The position numbers and the translations under genes were made by a program. A stretch of DNA of 64,000 bases, taken from contig OX597835.1 in the NCBI GenBank assembly GCA_951406725.2, forward strand, positions 29,388,001 through 29,452,000, given 5' to 3'. Positions 52,874 to 64,000 of the stretch are shown here, piece by piece; the stretch's first letter is position 1; each line of letters opens with the position of its first letter. A model generated the notes under the pieces. That model searched no databases and was not told where the DNA came from. It saw only the letters and a list, made by a program, of their open reading frames with translations. Source of the stretch: Octopus vulgaris. Lineage: Eukaryota.

Positions 52874-54823
52874 GACTGCAAGAAAAGACTTATCAATCTG
52901 AGCATGGCATGAATTGCTTATAAGAAAGCGTATAACATGGTCCCTTATTCCTAGATTCTAGAAAGTCTGGAGCTTGTACATGTGTCTGATAACATATCAA
53001 TATTTTTTAGGAGACCAATGAAAAGTCGTAATACAGATCTTTTTTCGTATGGAAAATTTTTGGCGACGGTTAACGCCAAGAGAGGTATATTTCAAGGAGA
53101 TAAACTGTCACTATTGCTGATTGTAATTCGTACGATACCCCTCACACAGATACTACGGAAAGTAACATTGGGTACACCTTGAAAAATGGGGGAAAATTAA
53201 ATTATCTGTAATATATGGATGATTTAAAGATCTTAGGAAAGAGCAAACGTAAAATAAAAGTGTATATATTCAGTAAGGATATCGGAATGGAATTTGGGAC
53301 TAAAAAGTGTGGTATGCTTATAATATAAAGAGGCAAAGTAGTGTCGTTTGATGTTGTAGAGCTGCTCAACGGCGAGAGAATCAAGGATATTGAGACTAAT
53401 GGATATAAATATCTGGGGATTTTAGAACACGACAAAATCAAGGAAATATGAAATGAAGGAAAGCTTTAGGCGAGAATATCTCAGAAGAACCAAGTTAATT
53501 ATGAGAAGTAAACTCAATGGAAAAACATAATCAGGGCAATGAACACATGGGCTGTTTCCTTAATGCGATACGGCGCAGCTGTTGGTGGGTGGACAAAAAA
53601 ACGAGCTTGAGGAAATGGACAGGAAAACTAGAAAAGAGATGACAATTATCGAGGAACTACACCCCAAAAGCGATACTGACAGACTGTACGTGCCTAGAAA
53701 CAGTGATAGAAGGGGTCTCATAGGATGCAAGTTCTGTGTTGTCAGTCTGGGATGGTACATTAAAATCAGAGTGAATCCTTGCTTGCCGCTGTTAGAATTA
53801 ACAATATAATACTTACCGAAAAAGCGATGCAGCCACAAACATTTAAGACTCAAGATGAAGAAGAAAGAGTAAACAATTGGAAAATGAAATCACTGCATGG
53901 GGAATGTCTCAGAGAAATCGAAGGAAAAGATCAACACTTGGAAATTGCTAAAACAAGTGATCTGAAAGGATAAACAGAAGCACTGACATGCAACGCTCAG
54001 GAACAAGCTCTGAGAACCAATTACACCCAGTTCCAAATAGATGAGGATAGTGAATCGCTCCTTTGTAGGAGGTGTGGCAGCAGAAACGAAACAATCTCAC
54101 ATACTGTGAGTGAGTGTAGCAAGCTGACCCAAAAGCACAACAAAAACGGCACGATATCGTGGCGAAGTTCGTCCACTGGAGTCTATGGGAATGTACAGCC
54201 TGAATAGAGCACGGAAATGGTACGAACATGAACCAGAAGGAATCAGTGAGAAGAAGGAGCGTAAGATGCTGTGGGATTTTACCATCCAATATTTTTGTTG
54301 TTTTTGTAAAATCTCAGAAAATAATTAAAAATTCACATTTTACCATCCTAATCGAGGCTCGGAGACCAGATATTGTTGTGGTAGATAAAGGAAAAGAAGA
54401 AACCAAGAAACAGAGATATTGCAATACCTGGAGATGCATGCACAAGTGACAAAGAAGTAGAAAAGATTGAAAAGTACAGACTACTCAAAGACGAAATTGC
54501 AAGAATGTGGACTATGAGGAGAGTGTCTGTCATTCCTGTAGTTGTAGGGGCACTAACAACCAAGTTCGAGAAATACGTCAAAGTAATCGGAATTGACATG
54601 AGAGCAGAGCAAACCCCCAAAACTGCTCTGCTGGGGACAGCTAGGATTTTGAGATTGGTACTTGGATGTTGAATGTCTCCCACGATAATTAACAACCAAG
54701 TATCAAAGCTTATGACGTGCAGAAAGTGACCCTGTGAGACCTTTAACGGCAGGTTGCTGTCCGCCCTCAGAGAATCTATCGGAACAAATAAGATCGAACG
54801 TTCTCAGAAGTAAAACAATAATA
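52873..54823 (+). mobile_element. R4/Dong-clade LINE, 5'-truncated (RT + CCHC + RLE), frameshifted
   Basis: YKKAYNMVP, RGIFQGDKLS, YMDDLK, YKYLGILE, CRRCGSRNETISHTVSEC, RHDIVAKFVHW, ARRPDIVVVDK; flanked by AAT repeats. Confidence 0.92.
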
Positions 54824-54824
54824 A

Positions 54825-55265
54825 TTTCAAATTTTTGCCACTAGGGTAGCTTGGGGGAGATGAAGATGAGTCGATTACATCAACCACAGTGTTCAACAGG
54901 TACTTATTCTATCAACCCTGAAAGGATGAAGGACAAAATCGACCGCGGCGGAATTTGAACTCAAAACACAGCGACGGGCGAAATGCCGCTAAGAATTTCG
55001 TCCAGCAAGCTAAAGATTCTGCCAGCTCGCCGCCTTTATAATGTTTTCAAATTTTGCCACAAGGGCAGCCATGCTGCAGTGGGGAATGAGTCGATTTCAT
55101 CGAACCCCCCCCCCCCCCAAATTTTCACGGGTACTTAATTTATCGACCCTGAAACGATGATAAGCAAAGTCGATTTCGGCGGAATTTGAACTCAGAAGAG
55201 AGCGGCAGACGAAATACTCCAAAGCATTTCACCCGGCATGCTAACGATTCTGCCAGCTTGCCAAG
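54825..55265 (-). mobile_element. Two tandem SINE family B copies
   Basis: Each has AAAGTCGA..CGGCGGAATTTGAACTCA...TTCTGCCAGCT; a third decayed copy lies at 55760-55925. Confidence 0.85.
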
Positions 55266-55271
55266 TTAGAC

Positions 55272-55352
<81 letters not shown>

Positions 55353-55449
55353 CATTATTATTATTATTATTATTATTATCATCATTATTATCATCATCAT
55401 CATTATTATCATCATTATTATTATTATTATTATTATTATCATCATCATC

Positions 55450-55506
<57 letters not shown>

Positions 55507-55531
55507 GTTATTATTATTATCATCATCATCA

Positions 55532-55565
<34 letters not shown>

Positions 55566-55612
55566 CATTATTATTATTATTGTTATTATTATTATTATTA
55601 TCATCATCATCA

Positions 55613-55647
<35 letters not shown>

Positions 55648-56068
55648 GTTATTATTATCATCATCATTATTATTATTATTATTATTATCATTATTATTAT
55701 TATTATACATTTTTTTGTTTGAGAGCCGTAATTGTGGCTGCATAATCTCATATTTTGGTACAAGCCCGGCAATTTTAGAGGGAGGGGTAAGTCAATATTG
55801 GGGATCATTTTATCGATCGCAATGGGACGAAAGACAAGGTTGACCTTGACGGAATGTGCTCTCAGAATGTACAACGCCGGAAGGAAAGCTGGGAAGCCTG
55901 CAAACGATTCTGCCAGTTCGCTAATTTATTAGAGACAACAACGATAGCAACACCAACAACAGCAGCAACAAACAAGCAAGAAGAAGACAAGAAGATAATA
56001 TTAAAAACAATACTATCAACACCGGCAAAAGTAACAGTAATATCAACAATAAATATAAAAATAGTGGC

Positions 56069-56120
<52 letters not shown>

Positions 56121-56246
56121 GTAATAATAATAATAATAGTAATAATAATAATGAAAATAGGAAGAAAAACGATAATGATGATGATGATAATAATCATGAT
56201 GATGAAGATGATAATGATGATGACTGTGAGAATGATGATGATGGTG

Positions 56247-56278
<32 letters not shown>

Positions 56279-56515
56279 AACAATGATGATGATGATTGTT
56301 AATATAATAACACCAACAACAGCAATAATAATAATAACAACAACAACAACAACAATAATAATAATAATAATAACAATAATAATAATAATAACAATGGTAA
56401 TAAAAAAAATAATAAAAATAATAATAATAATAATAACAATAATAACAATAATAATAATACTGATAATAATAATAATAGTAACAACAGAAACAATAATACT
56501 AATAACAACAAAAAC

Positions 56516-56564
<49 letters not shown>

Positions 56565-56652
56565 TATAATAATAATAATAACAATAATAATAATAATAAT
56601 AACAATAATAATAATAATAATAATAACAATAATAATAATAATAACAATAAAT

Positions 56653-56692
<40 letters not shown>

Positions 56693-56694
56693 TA

Positions 56695-56768
<74 letters not shown>

Positions 56769-56775
56769 TAATAAT
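55272..56775. repeat. (AAT)/(ATT)/(GAT) microsatellite-rich region
   Basis: Direct reading. Confidence 0.9.
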
Positions 56776-56989
56776 AAACAGCATAGTAATTCAAAACTGA
56801 AATCATTGCTTATAAGTTTGTTTTGCGTTAACGCAGATCAAATATCCTTTAAGTATAGAATCATTAGAGGAATTGGTAGTTTCTCTAGCACATGATATAT
56901 GATGGCATCCGTGGCATATCTTACATGATATCAGCTAGATCAACGCGAATACTGTGCCACATGGAAATCAATGAATGTGGCATGCCTAA
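56776..56989. other. ~215-bp duplicated non-TE-like segment, copy 1
   Basis: Direct repeat of 63428-63644; the last ~100 bp are almost identical. Confidence 0.85.
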
Positions 56990-57151
56990 AAATATATACA
57001 AATATATACGTGCGTGTGTGTGTGTGTGCATCCTTGCAGGCTTGTGCTCATACATATACATACACACATATATACATTTATGCATGTTTGTGTGTGTGTG
57101 TATATATATATATGTATGTATGTATGTATGTATATTATATATATATATACG

Positions 57152-57218
<67 letters not shown>

Positions 57219-57437
57219 GTATGTGTATACGTATGTATGCATATATATATATACATATATGCATACATACATATACACAAACATACATATATATACACAC
57301 ATATAAATATGTTTATTTTTACGTAATACATAATATAGGAACGTATATGTCTACTGTATCTATATACACTCAGGAATATATACATATACCTTACCAGTGC
57401 TTAAGCACTAATTTATGATGCGTTCATTTATGTATGC

Positions 57438-57511
<74 letters not shown>

Positions 57512-57514
57512 GGT

Positions 57515-57710
57515 GGAGGCGGTGGCTTAGTGCCTAGCGTGGTGAACTCAAGATCGTAAGGTTTTGGTTTCGATTCCTGGAGCATGCGATGCGTTGTGTT
57601 CTTGAGCAAAACACTTCATTTCATGTTACTCCAGTCCACTCAGCTGGCAAAAGTGAGTAATTCTGCGACGGACCGGCGTCACGTCCAGGTGGGGAATTTC
57701 TACGCCACAC
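57515..57710 (+). mobile_element. SINE family C
   Basis: Matches 17449-17712. Confidence 0.85.
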
Positions 57711-57944
57711 CTATCTATACATACTTGTGTTGGAGTGTGAGCATATACATGGTGCGAAGAGTAAATTGTAGTCATTTCATATTTTTAATTTTGCACATGT
57801 ACATTGTTTTTGCTTTTCGCTTTGTCGACTACCCAGTATAGTAGGGCCAGCTGGGCACCGTCTGTGAGAAAAACAGCACCATGACGCAATTCACTCTGCC
57901 AAAAATTTAGAAACGACATGCAGTACTGCATGGCATTCGGTCGG

Positions 57945-58496
57945 GGAAGGGGGAGAAGAAGAAGGAGGAGAAGAAGAAGAAGAAGAAGAAGAAGAAGAAG
58001 AAGGGGAAAAGAAAAGGAAGAAGAAGAGGAAGAAGAAGGGGATAAAAAGAATAAGAAGGGAAGAAGAAGAAGAAGAAGAAGAAGGGGATAAAAAGAACAA
58101 GAAGGGAAGAAGAAGGGAAGAAGAAGAAGAAGAAGAAGAAGAAGGGGATAAAAAGAATAAGAAGGGAAGAAGAAGAAGAAGAAGAAGAAGAAGAAGGGGA
58201 AAAGAAAAGGAAGAAGAAGAGGAAGAAGAAGGAGAGAAAAAGAATAAGAAGGAAAGAAGAAGAAGAAGAAGAAGAAGAAGAAGAAGAAGAAGGGAAAAGA
58301 AAAGGAAGAAGAAGAAGAAGAAGAAGGGGAAAAGAAAAGGAAGAAGAAGAAGAAGAAGAAGAAGAAGAAGAAGAAGAAGAAGAAGAAGGAGGAGGAGGAG
58401 GGCAGAAGAAGGGCAGAAGAAGAAGAAGAAGAAGGGCAGAAGAAGAAGAAGAAGAAGAAGAAGAAGAAGAAGAAGAAGAAGAAGAAGAAGAAGAAG

Positions 58497-58525
<29 letters not shown>
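57945..58525. repeat. Polypurine (GAA)n tract with higher-order repeats
   Basis: Direct reading. Confidence 0.95.
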
Positions 58526-58527
<2 letters not shown>

Positions 58528-58974
58528 GTCACTGATGGAAAATCTGTCTCGTGTATTTCTCTCAGGCACCAGCAAAAATTCGTTTCGATCGAGGTGACCA
58601 ACGAATGATTTAATGGCGTTGTGGGAAATTGTCCTGTGTCAAGAAAGATCATTGCAAATTGAACTAACGGCATTTCTATTCTAATAAATGCGCGTTAGCT
58701 TCATTATCGGATCCTGTTCACCAGAATGGGAATGCTTGACAATTATAGTTTTGTCTTTCAAATAATTAAGACAAGTTCGTTTTACGTCGCACATTTGCAA
58801 TGGATCGCAAACTATACGCGCGTGTGTGTGTGTGTGTGTGTGTATGTGTGTGCGTGTGTGTGTGCGCGTGTGTGAGTGTATGTGTTTGTGTGTGTGCGTG
58901 CGTGAGTAAGTGTGTGTGAGCGTGTTTTCGTATGAGAGTGTGTGTATGCGTTTGTGCGCATACACGCATACTTT

Positions 58975-59210
58975 TATTCAACATGTTTCAGTCATTTGTC
59001 TGTGGCCATGCTAGAGCACTACTTTGGATTATTTTTCGACGAATAAATCGACTCCAGTACATACTTTAAAGCTTGATACTTGTTCTATCGATCTCTTTTG
59101 TCAAACTGCTAGATTACGTGGACATAAAACACACCAACAGCGGTTGTATAGCGACGATGGCGGGACAAATAGAGACACACATACATACATACATACATAA
59201 CATACGTACA

Positions 59211-59242
<32 letters not shown>

Positions 59243-59335
59243 CGACTGGCGATGATTGGGAGACAAACGCAGACACAGATACATAGATACACACACACAC
59301 ACACACACATATACGACAGGCTTCTTTCAGTTTCT
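58975..59335 (-). mobile_element. SINE family A, decayed
   Basis: Consensus match. Confidence 0.75.
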
Positions 59336-59397
59336 TATTTCTTTATTGCCCACAATGGGCTGAAAACAGAGAGGACAAAGAAGGAAAGAGAAACAGA

Positions 59398-59567
59398 TTG
59401 AGTCGATTATATCGACCCCAGTGCGTAACCGGTACTTATTTAATCGACCCCGAAAGGATGAAAGGCAAAGTCGACCTCGGCGGAATTTGAACTCAGAACG
59501 TAGCGGCGGACGAAATACCCCTAAGCAATTCGCCCAGCGTGTTAACGTTTCTACCAGCTCGCCGCCA
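59398..59567 (-). mobile_element. SINE family B
   Basis: CGACCCCGAAAGGATGAAAGGCAAAGTCGACCTCGGCGGAATTTGAAC. Confidence 0.9.
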
Positions 59568-59648
59568 TATGTTTTTGTCTACCAAATTCACTCCCAGGGT
59601 TTTGGTCAGCATCAAGCGAGAGACAAACATAACACTCAAAGACCGACA

Positions 59649-59685
<37 letters not shown>

Positions 59686-59695
59686 AGACACACAG

Positions 59696-59726
<31 letters not shown>

Positions 59727-59755
59727 TACACACACATATGTATATATATATATAT

Positions 59756-60354
59756 ATTATATAATTAGGGCTTAGTAAAATAAATTACTTTGCCACATAC
59801 TGAACTTTCTAGAAATAGCAGCCAAAAAGTTTTTAGCCATTTCCACTACTTAACTCACGTGGGTGGAAGGGGAAGGAACATGAATCGTCGCTTGTACATT
59901 TTGAATTTGCTAGTACTGGCAGTTTGAAGATGTTTGTCTGAGGTGATACATCGTTGGACGGGTATGTTCATTATTTTTAGTGCTTTCAAATCCAAAATTA
60001 AGAAATGTTGAGCTGACGAAAGAAATGCTGAGTTTTATTTCGGCTAATCTAGAAACGTTGACGTTCTCAAATGATCTTTGTACTTGTGATATTTTACTGT
60101 TTTTACCTCCATATCTTCGTGAGTTGTCTTTGAGTAAACATTATCTGAGAGACGTTTTCTTAAAGTAGTGGAAATGACTAAAAACTCTTTGGCTGCTATT
60201 TCTAGAAAGTTCAGTATGTGGCAAAGTAATTTATTTTACTAAGCCCTAATTATATAATGTAATATTTTGAATTCGCCTTAAATGGTCCTTTTACATACTG
60301 AACACTACTTGGTGAAATTGATTAATAACTAATTAATTTTACCCTCAATTGTTG

Positions 60355-60355
<1 letters not shown>
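59756..60355 (+). mobile_element. PLE-like non-autonomous element with 96-bp inverted repeats and an internal hammerhead
   Basis: 59756-59851 is inverted at 60163-60258, followed by a ~100-bp tail; TA context. Confidence 0.75.
60008..60070 (+). ncRNA. Type I hammerhead ribozyme, core intact
   Basis: TTGAG-CTGACGA-AAGA..GCTGAG..TTCGGC..TCTA-GAAA-CGT-TG-ACG-TT-CTCAA. Confidence 0.7.
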
Positions 60356-60404
<49 letters not shown>

Positions 60405-60408
<4 letters not shown>

Positions 60409-60540
60409 GTAAAAAAATACAAACTGGGACAAGAACGTGAAACATTTAGAAGACGATACAAAAAACACGGATGGGACATTCGAAGCCTTCAATCTTCAGT
60501 CACGAACCGGATCATCTTCGCAATTTAGGCTGATTAATCT

Positions 60541-60541
<1 letters not shown>
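60405..60541 (-). mobile_element. 5'-truncated H2-family fragment (rearranged hammerhead remnant)
   Basis: AAGATTAATCAGCC-TAAA-TTGC-(24 nt total)-CTGAAGA-TTGAAGGCT aligns to 9536-9606. Confidence 0.55.
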
Positions 60542-60571
<30 letters not shown>

Positions 60572-60609
60572 CAGGGTGATATATATATATATATATCTAT
60601 ATATATATT

Positions 60610-60754
60610 CTTTTCTCTTTACTTTTACTTGTTTCAGTCATTTGACTGCGGTCATGCTGGAGCACCGCCTTTAGTCGAGCAAATCGATCGCAGAACTTAA
60701 TCTTTGTACTCCTAGACCTTTTGACGGACTGCTAGATAACAGGGACATCATAAC

Positions 60755-60842
<88 letters not shown>

Positions 60843-60966
60843 GACGGGCTTCTTTCAGTTTCCATCTACCAAGAGGCGAAGTAGAAGACACTTGACCAAG
60901 GGGCAACGCAGTGGAACTGAACCTGAAACCATGTGGTTGGGAAGCAAGCTTCTTACCATACAGCCA
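60610..60966 (-). mobile_element. SINE family A with internal deletions
   Basis: Consensus match. Confidence 0.8.
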
Positions 60967-60976
60967 AGCTACACGT

Positions 60977-61190
60977 AATGTGACATCGTGTGTACCGTTG
61001 GCGATTTTTTTTCCTCTGTCTTCTCTTCTCTGGATCTTTCCTTCTCCTATGTTTCCGACGAAGAGCTCCGTTCGAAACGTTAAACCCTCCTTCTTTCCTT
61101 CTTTCCTGAGCGTCCAATAATACTATATTTATTCCACGTCCTCGCGTTGTTGTGTTTTCTCTTTGTGTTTTCATGTTTGGATTAACTACA
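60977..61190 (+). mobile_element. PLE-like terminal repeat P1 with minimal hammerhead (61051-61085)
   Basis: Near-identical to 36991-37192. Confidence 0.7.
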
Positions 61191-61285
61191 TATATATATA
61201 TATATAATATCTATATCTATATATATATATATAATATATCTATATCTATATATCTATATCTATATATATATATATACTTCATCCA

Positions 61286-61332
<47 letters not shown>

Positions 61333-61864
61333 ATATATATATACCAGATCACACACAGTGCTTTGGTCAGCCCATTGCTATAGTAGAAGATACTTGGCGC
61401 GAAGTTACCAGGCATTGAGATTGAACCCGGAACCATGTGGTTGGGAAAGAAACTTCCCCCGACACAACCACGCTATCGCCTATATTTACACTTTATGCTT
61501 CCGCTTAGGCATACCGATACAAATAAGCAGTCGCCTCCACTCAATACATATATGCTTTAGAACAATGCGTTAAGCGAGTACAGTTTACAATATAAATTAA
61601 TGAATGACTTGGCAATAGGAATTGCGTTAATTTCACCAGCTTAAAGTTATTTCTGCCAGAAGAAGCAGCGCACTCGAAGATGAGTGCTTGTGTAACACTT
61701 TTAGCTACGTTACAGCCATTAAAAGATGCAAATCGTTGCTCCAAATCTCTGCTCTGAGAGCAATGTTTCGTAGAAATGAGACAGTTGTAAGCTAAAGAAT
61801 TTGATGTAATTCCTACTATCTTGTCATTCTATAATTCAATCAATTGGATCACTGAAATCAAGAA

Positions 61865-62040
61865 GTGTTTTTTTTTTTCATTCTCTGTCTGTTTATTTTC
61901 TCTTATTCCTTTCTGTTGAAGTGCGTGGGCTCGAAACGTAAAAGACTTTTTCGTTTCCTCGAGCGTCAAACTCATTCACTTGCTTGTTGTTCATACACCA
62001 GTCTTCATCTTTTGTTTTTCTATAAATTTCAACTATATCC
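61865..62040 (+). mobile_element. PLE-like terminal-repeat fragment
   Basis: CTGTTGAAGTGCGTGGGCTCGAAACGTAAAAGAC; homologous to 30785-30940. Confidence 0.55.
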
Positions 62041-62053
62041 ATCTATCTATCTA

Positions 62054-62157
<104 letters not shown>

Positions 62158-62254
62158 AAGAAAGAAAGAGAGAGAGAAAAGAAAGAAAAAGAGAAAGAGA
62201 AAGATAAACACATACTCACACACATCACGCATACAAACACACATTTGTATATAT

Positions 62255-62915
62255 TCATGTTTAGCCTTGAAGAATTGGTCCTGGCTCAATCTCACCCCCA
62301 GTCCGTCGGTTGCGATGCCCTTCTTAAAAGCCGTTTGTAAGCCTCTAAGTTTCCCTCTACTTTATTTATTTCTGTCATTAATACCTTACTGAACCTAGCT
62401 GATTCTACTCTATTCACCCATTTCAGAGCAAACCACCATTCGACGTTGACGATTGCCCTTGTCAACGCCCGCTTAACTAATTCTCTAATCCGGTATCTCT
62501 AAGCTTGGCGCTCCGGAAGTGACGCGTTCACCTTCCAGTAACCGGCTCCCTACATTCAAAACCTATTTAGATCGACCGTACAGATCCCAAATTTCTGGTA
62601 TTTGTAGCTGACCAGTTTGAAATGTGGTCAACTTATACAATCTTTATCTACAGAATACCCTGTCTAGATACGACCTGGATGACCTGATACGATTTGACTA
62701 CGTCCACATTGGCACATCAAGGAAACCCAGTCGGTACCTGTCAGAGAGTTGCAAATGTACGGGCAGGTTTGCGAGCCTTTTGCAGTTCTTCATTTTTAAA
62801 AGTCAAATTGTGGTGTTTCTTTGCCTGCTCCTCTGTAGAAACATTTCCCTCCAGCAACCTATGCTTACGTGTCTCGCACTAGTGTTCGCCACTTCACAAT
62901 TTGTTGCAATGTTAC
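62255..62915 (-). mobile_element. Tx1/L1-clade ORF2 fragment (end of APE domain and linker)
   Basis: LQLSDRYRL..MWT*SN..SRSYLDRVFC and GAGYWKVNASL; same family as the 49-kb copy. Confidence 0.8.
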
Positions 62916-62925
62916 CGTTTCTAAA

Positions 62926-63122
62926 GGCGGCGAAACGGGCGAAATGCCTAGTGGTATTTCGTCTGTCTTTACGTTCTGGGTTAAAATACTGCCGAGGTCG
63001 ACTTTGCTTTTCATCTTTTCGGGGTCGATAAATTAAGTACCAGTTGCGTACTTGGGTCGATCTAATCGACTGCCCCCCCCCCCTCCTCAAACATTCAAGG
63101 CCGTGTGCCTAGAGTAGAAAAG
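62926..63122 (+). mobile_element. SINE family B
   Basis: Matches 7362-7570; AAT tail. Confidence 0.88.
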
Positions 63123-63137
63123 AATAATAATAATAAT

Positions 63138-63170
<33 letters not shown>

Positions 63171-63320
63171 AAGAAGAAGAAGAAGACGAAGAAGAAGAAG
63201 AAGAAGAAGAAGAAGACGAAGAAGAAGAAGAAGACGAAGAAGAAGAAGAAGAAGAAGAAGAAGAAGAAGAAGAAGAAGAAGAAGAAGACGGATGTTAATA
63301 ATGACGATAATAATGATAAT

Positions 63321-63353
<33 letters not shown>

Positions 63354-63427
63354 AAGAAGAAGAAGAAGAAGAAGAAGAAGAAGAAGAAGAAGAAGAAGAA
63401 GAAGACGACGAACAACAACAACAACAA

Positions 63428-63644
63428 AAACAGCATAGTAATTCGAAACTAAAACAATCGCTTATAGGTCTGTTGTTTTGCATTAACTCAGCTCAAATAT
63501 CCGTTAAGTATACAATCATTAGTGAAATTGGTGGTTTCTATAGCACATAATATATGATGGCATCCGTGGCATATCTTATATGATATCAGCTAGATCAACA
63601 TGAATGCTGTGCCACATGGAAATCAATGAATGTGGCATGCCTAA
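63428..63644. other. ~215-bp duplicated segment, copy 2
   Basis: See 56776-56989. Confidence 0.85.
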
Positions 63645-63777
63645 GACTTGGCATGCATATGATATATATATATATATGTATACACACATACGCATATACA
63701 CATATGCGTGTAACTCTGTATATGTGTGTTTCTATTCGTTCTATATACATAAGTTCGCATGTATGTATGTATGTATG

Positions 63778-63871
<94 letters not shown>

Positions 63872-64000
63872 CCCACACATACGCACGCGCATACACACGT
63901 GTACACACGTTCTTTCTTTTCAATAACAACTAAGAAATCTAAAAGAAAGTGATTGTAAACAGCAGAAAAGTAGCAATGATTCTAAACATATGCGCACACG

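Overview
Repeat-saturated, AT-rich eukaryotic DNA with no convincing host gene. The SINE families and microsatellite load point to an octopus (cephalopod) genome; this is inference from recognising the repeats. Almost all ORF-track entries are microsatellite artefacts. The real content is three tRNA-type SINE families (~25 copies), fragments of Tx1/L1-, CR1/L2-, RTE- and R4/Dong-type LINEs, several Tc1/mariner relics, a non-autonomous Helitron, and many short Penelope-like (PLE) terminal-repeat fragments and fold-back palindromes inserted in (TA)n tracts. The most striking signal is RNA-structural: the PLE-like fragments carry hammerhead ribozyme motifs. Some are canonical type I, including a back-to-back pair inside a near-perfect palindrome at 21.6 kb. 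At least three sequence-divergent families instead carry a non-circularly permuted (pseudoknotted) hammerhead, with strands ordered [III-UH-I]-[II'-GAAA-III']-[I'-CUGANGA-II], covarying stems and conserved spacing. A highly structured, perfectly repeated 360-bp tandem unit is a retrozyme/circular-RNA-like candidate. Coordinates of decayed repeats are approximate and were read by eye.
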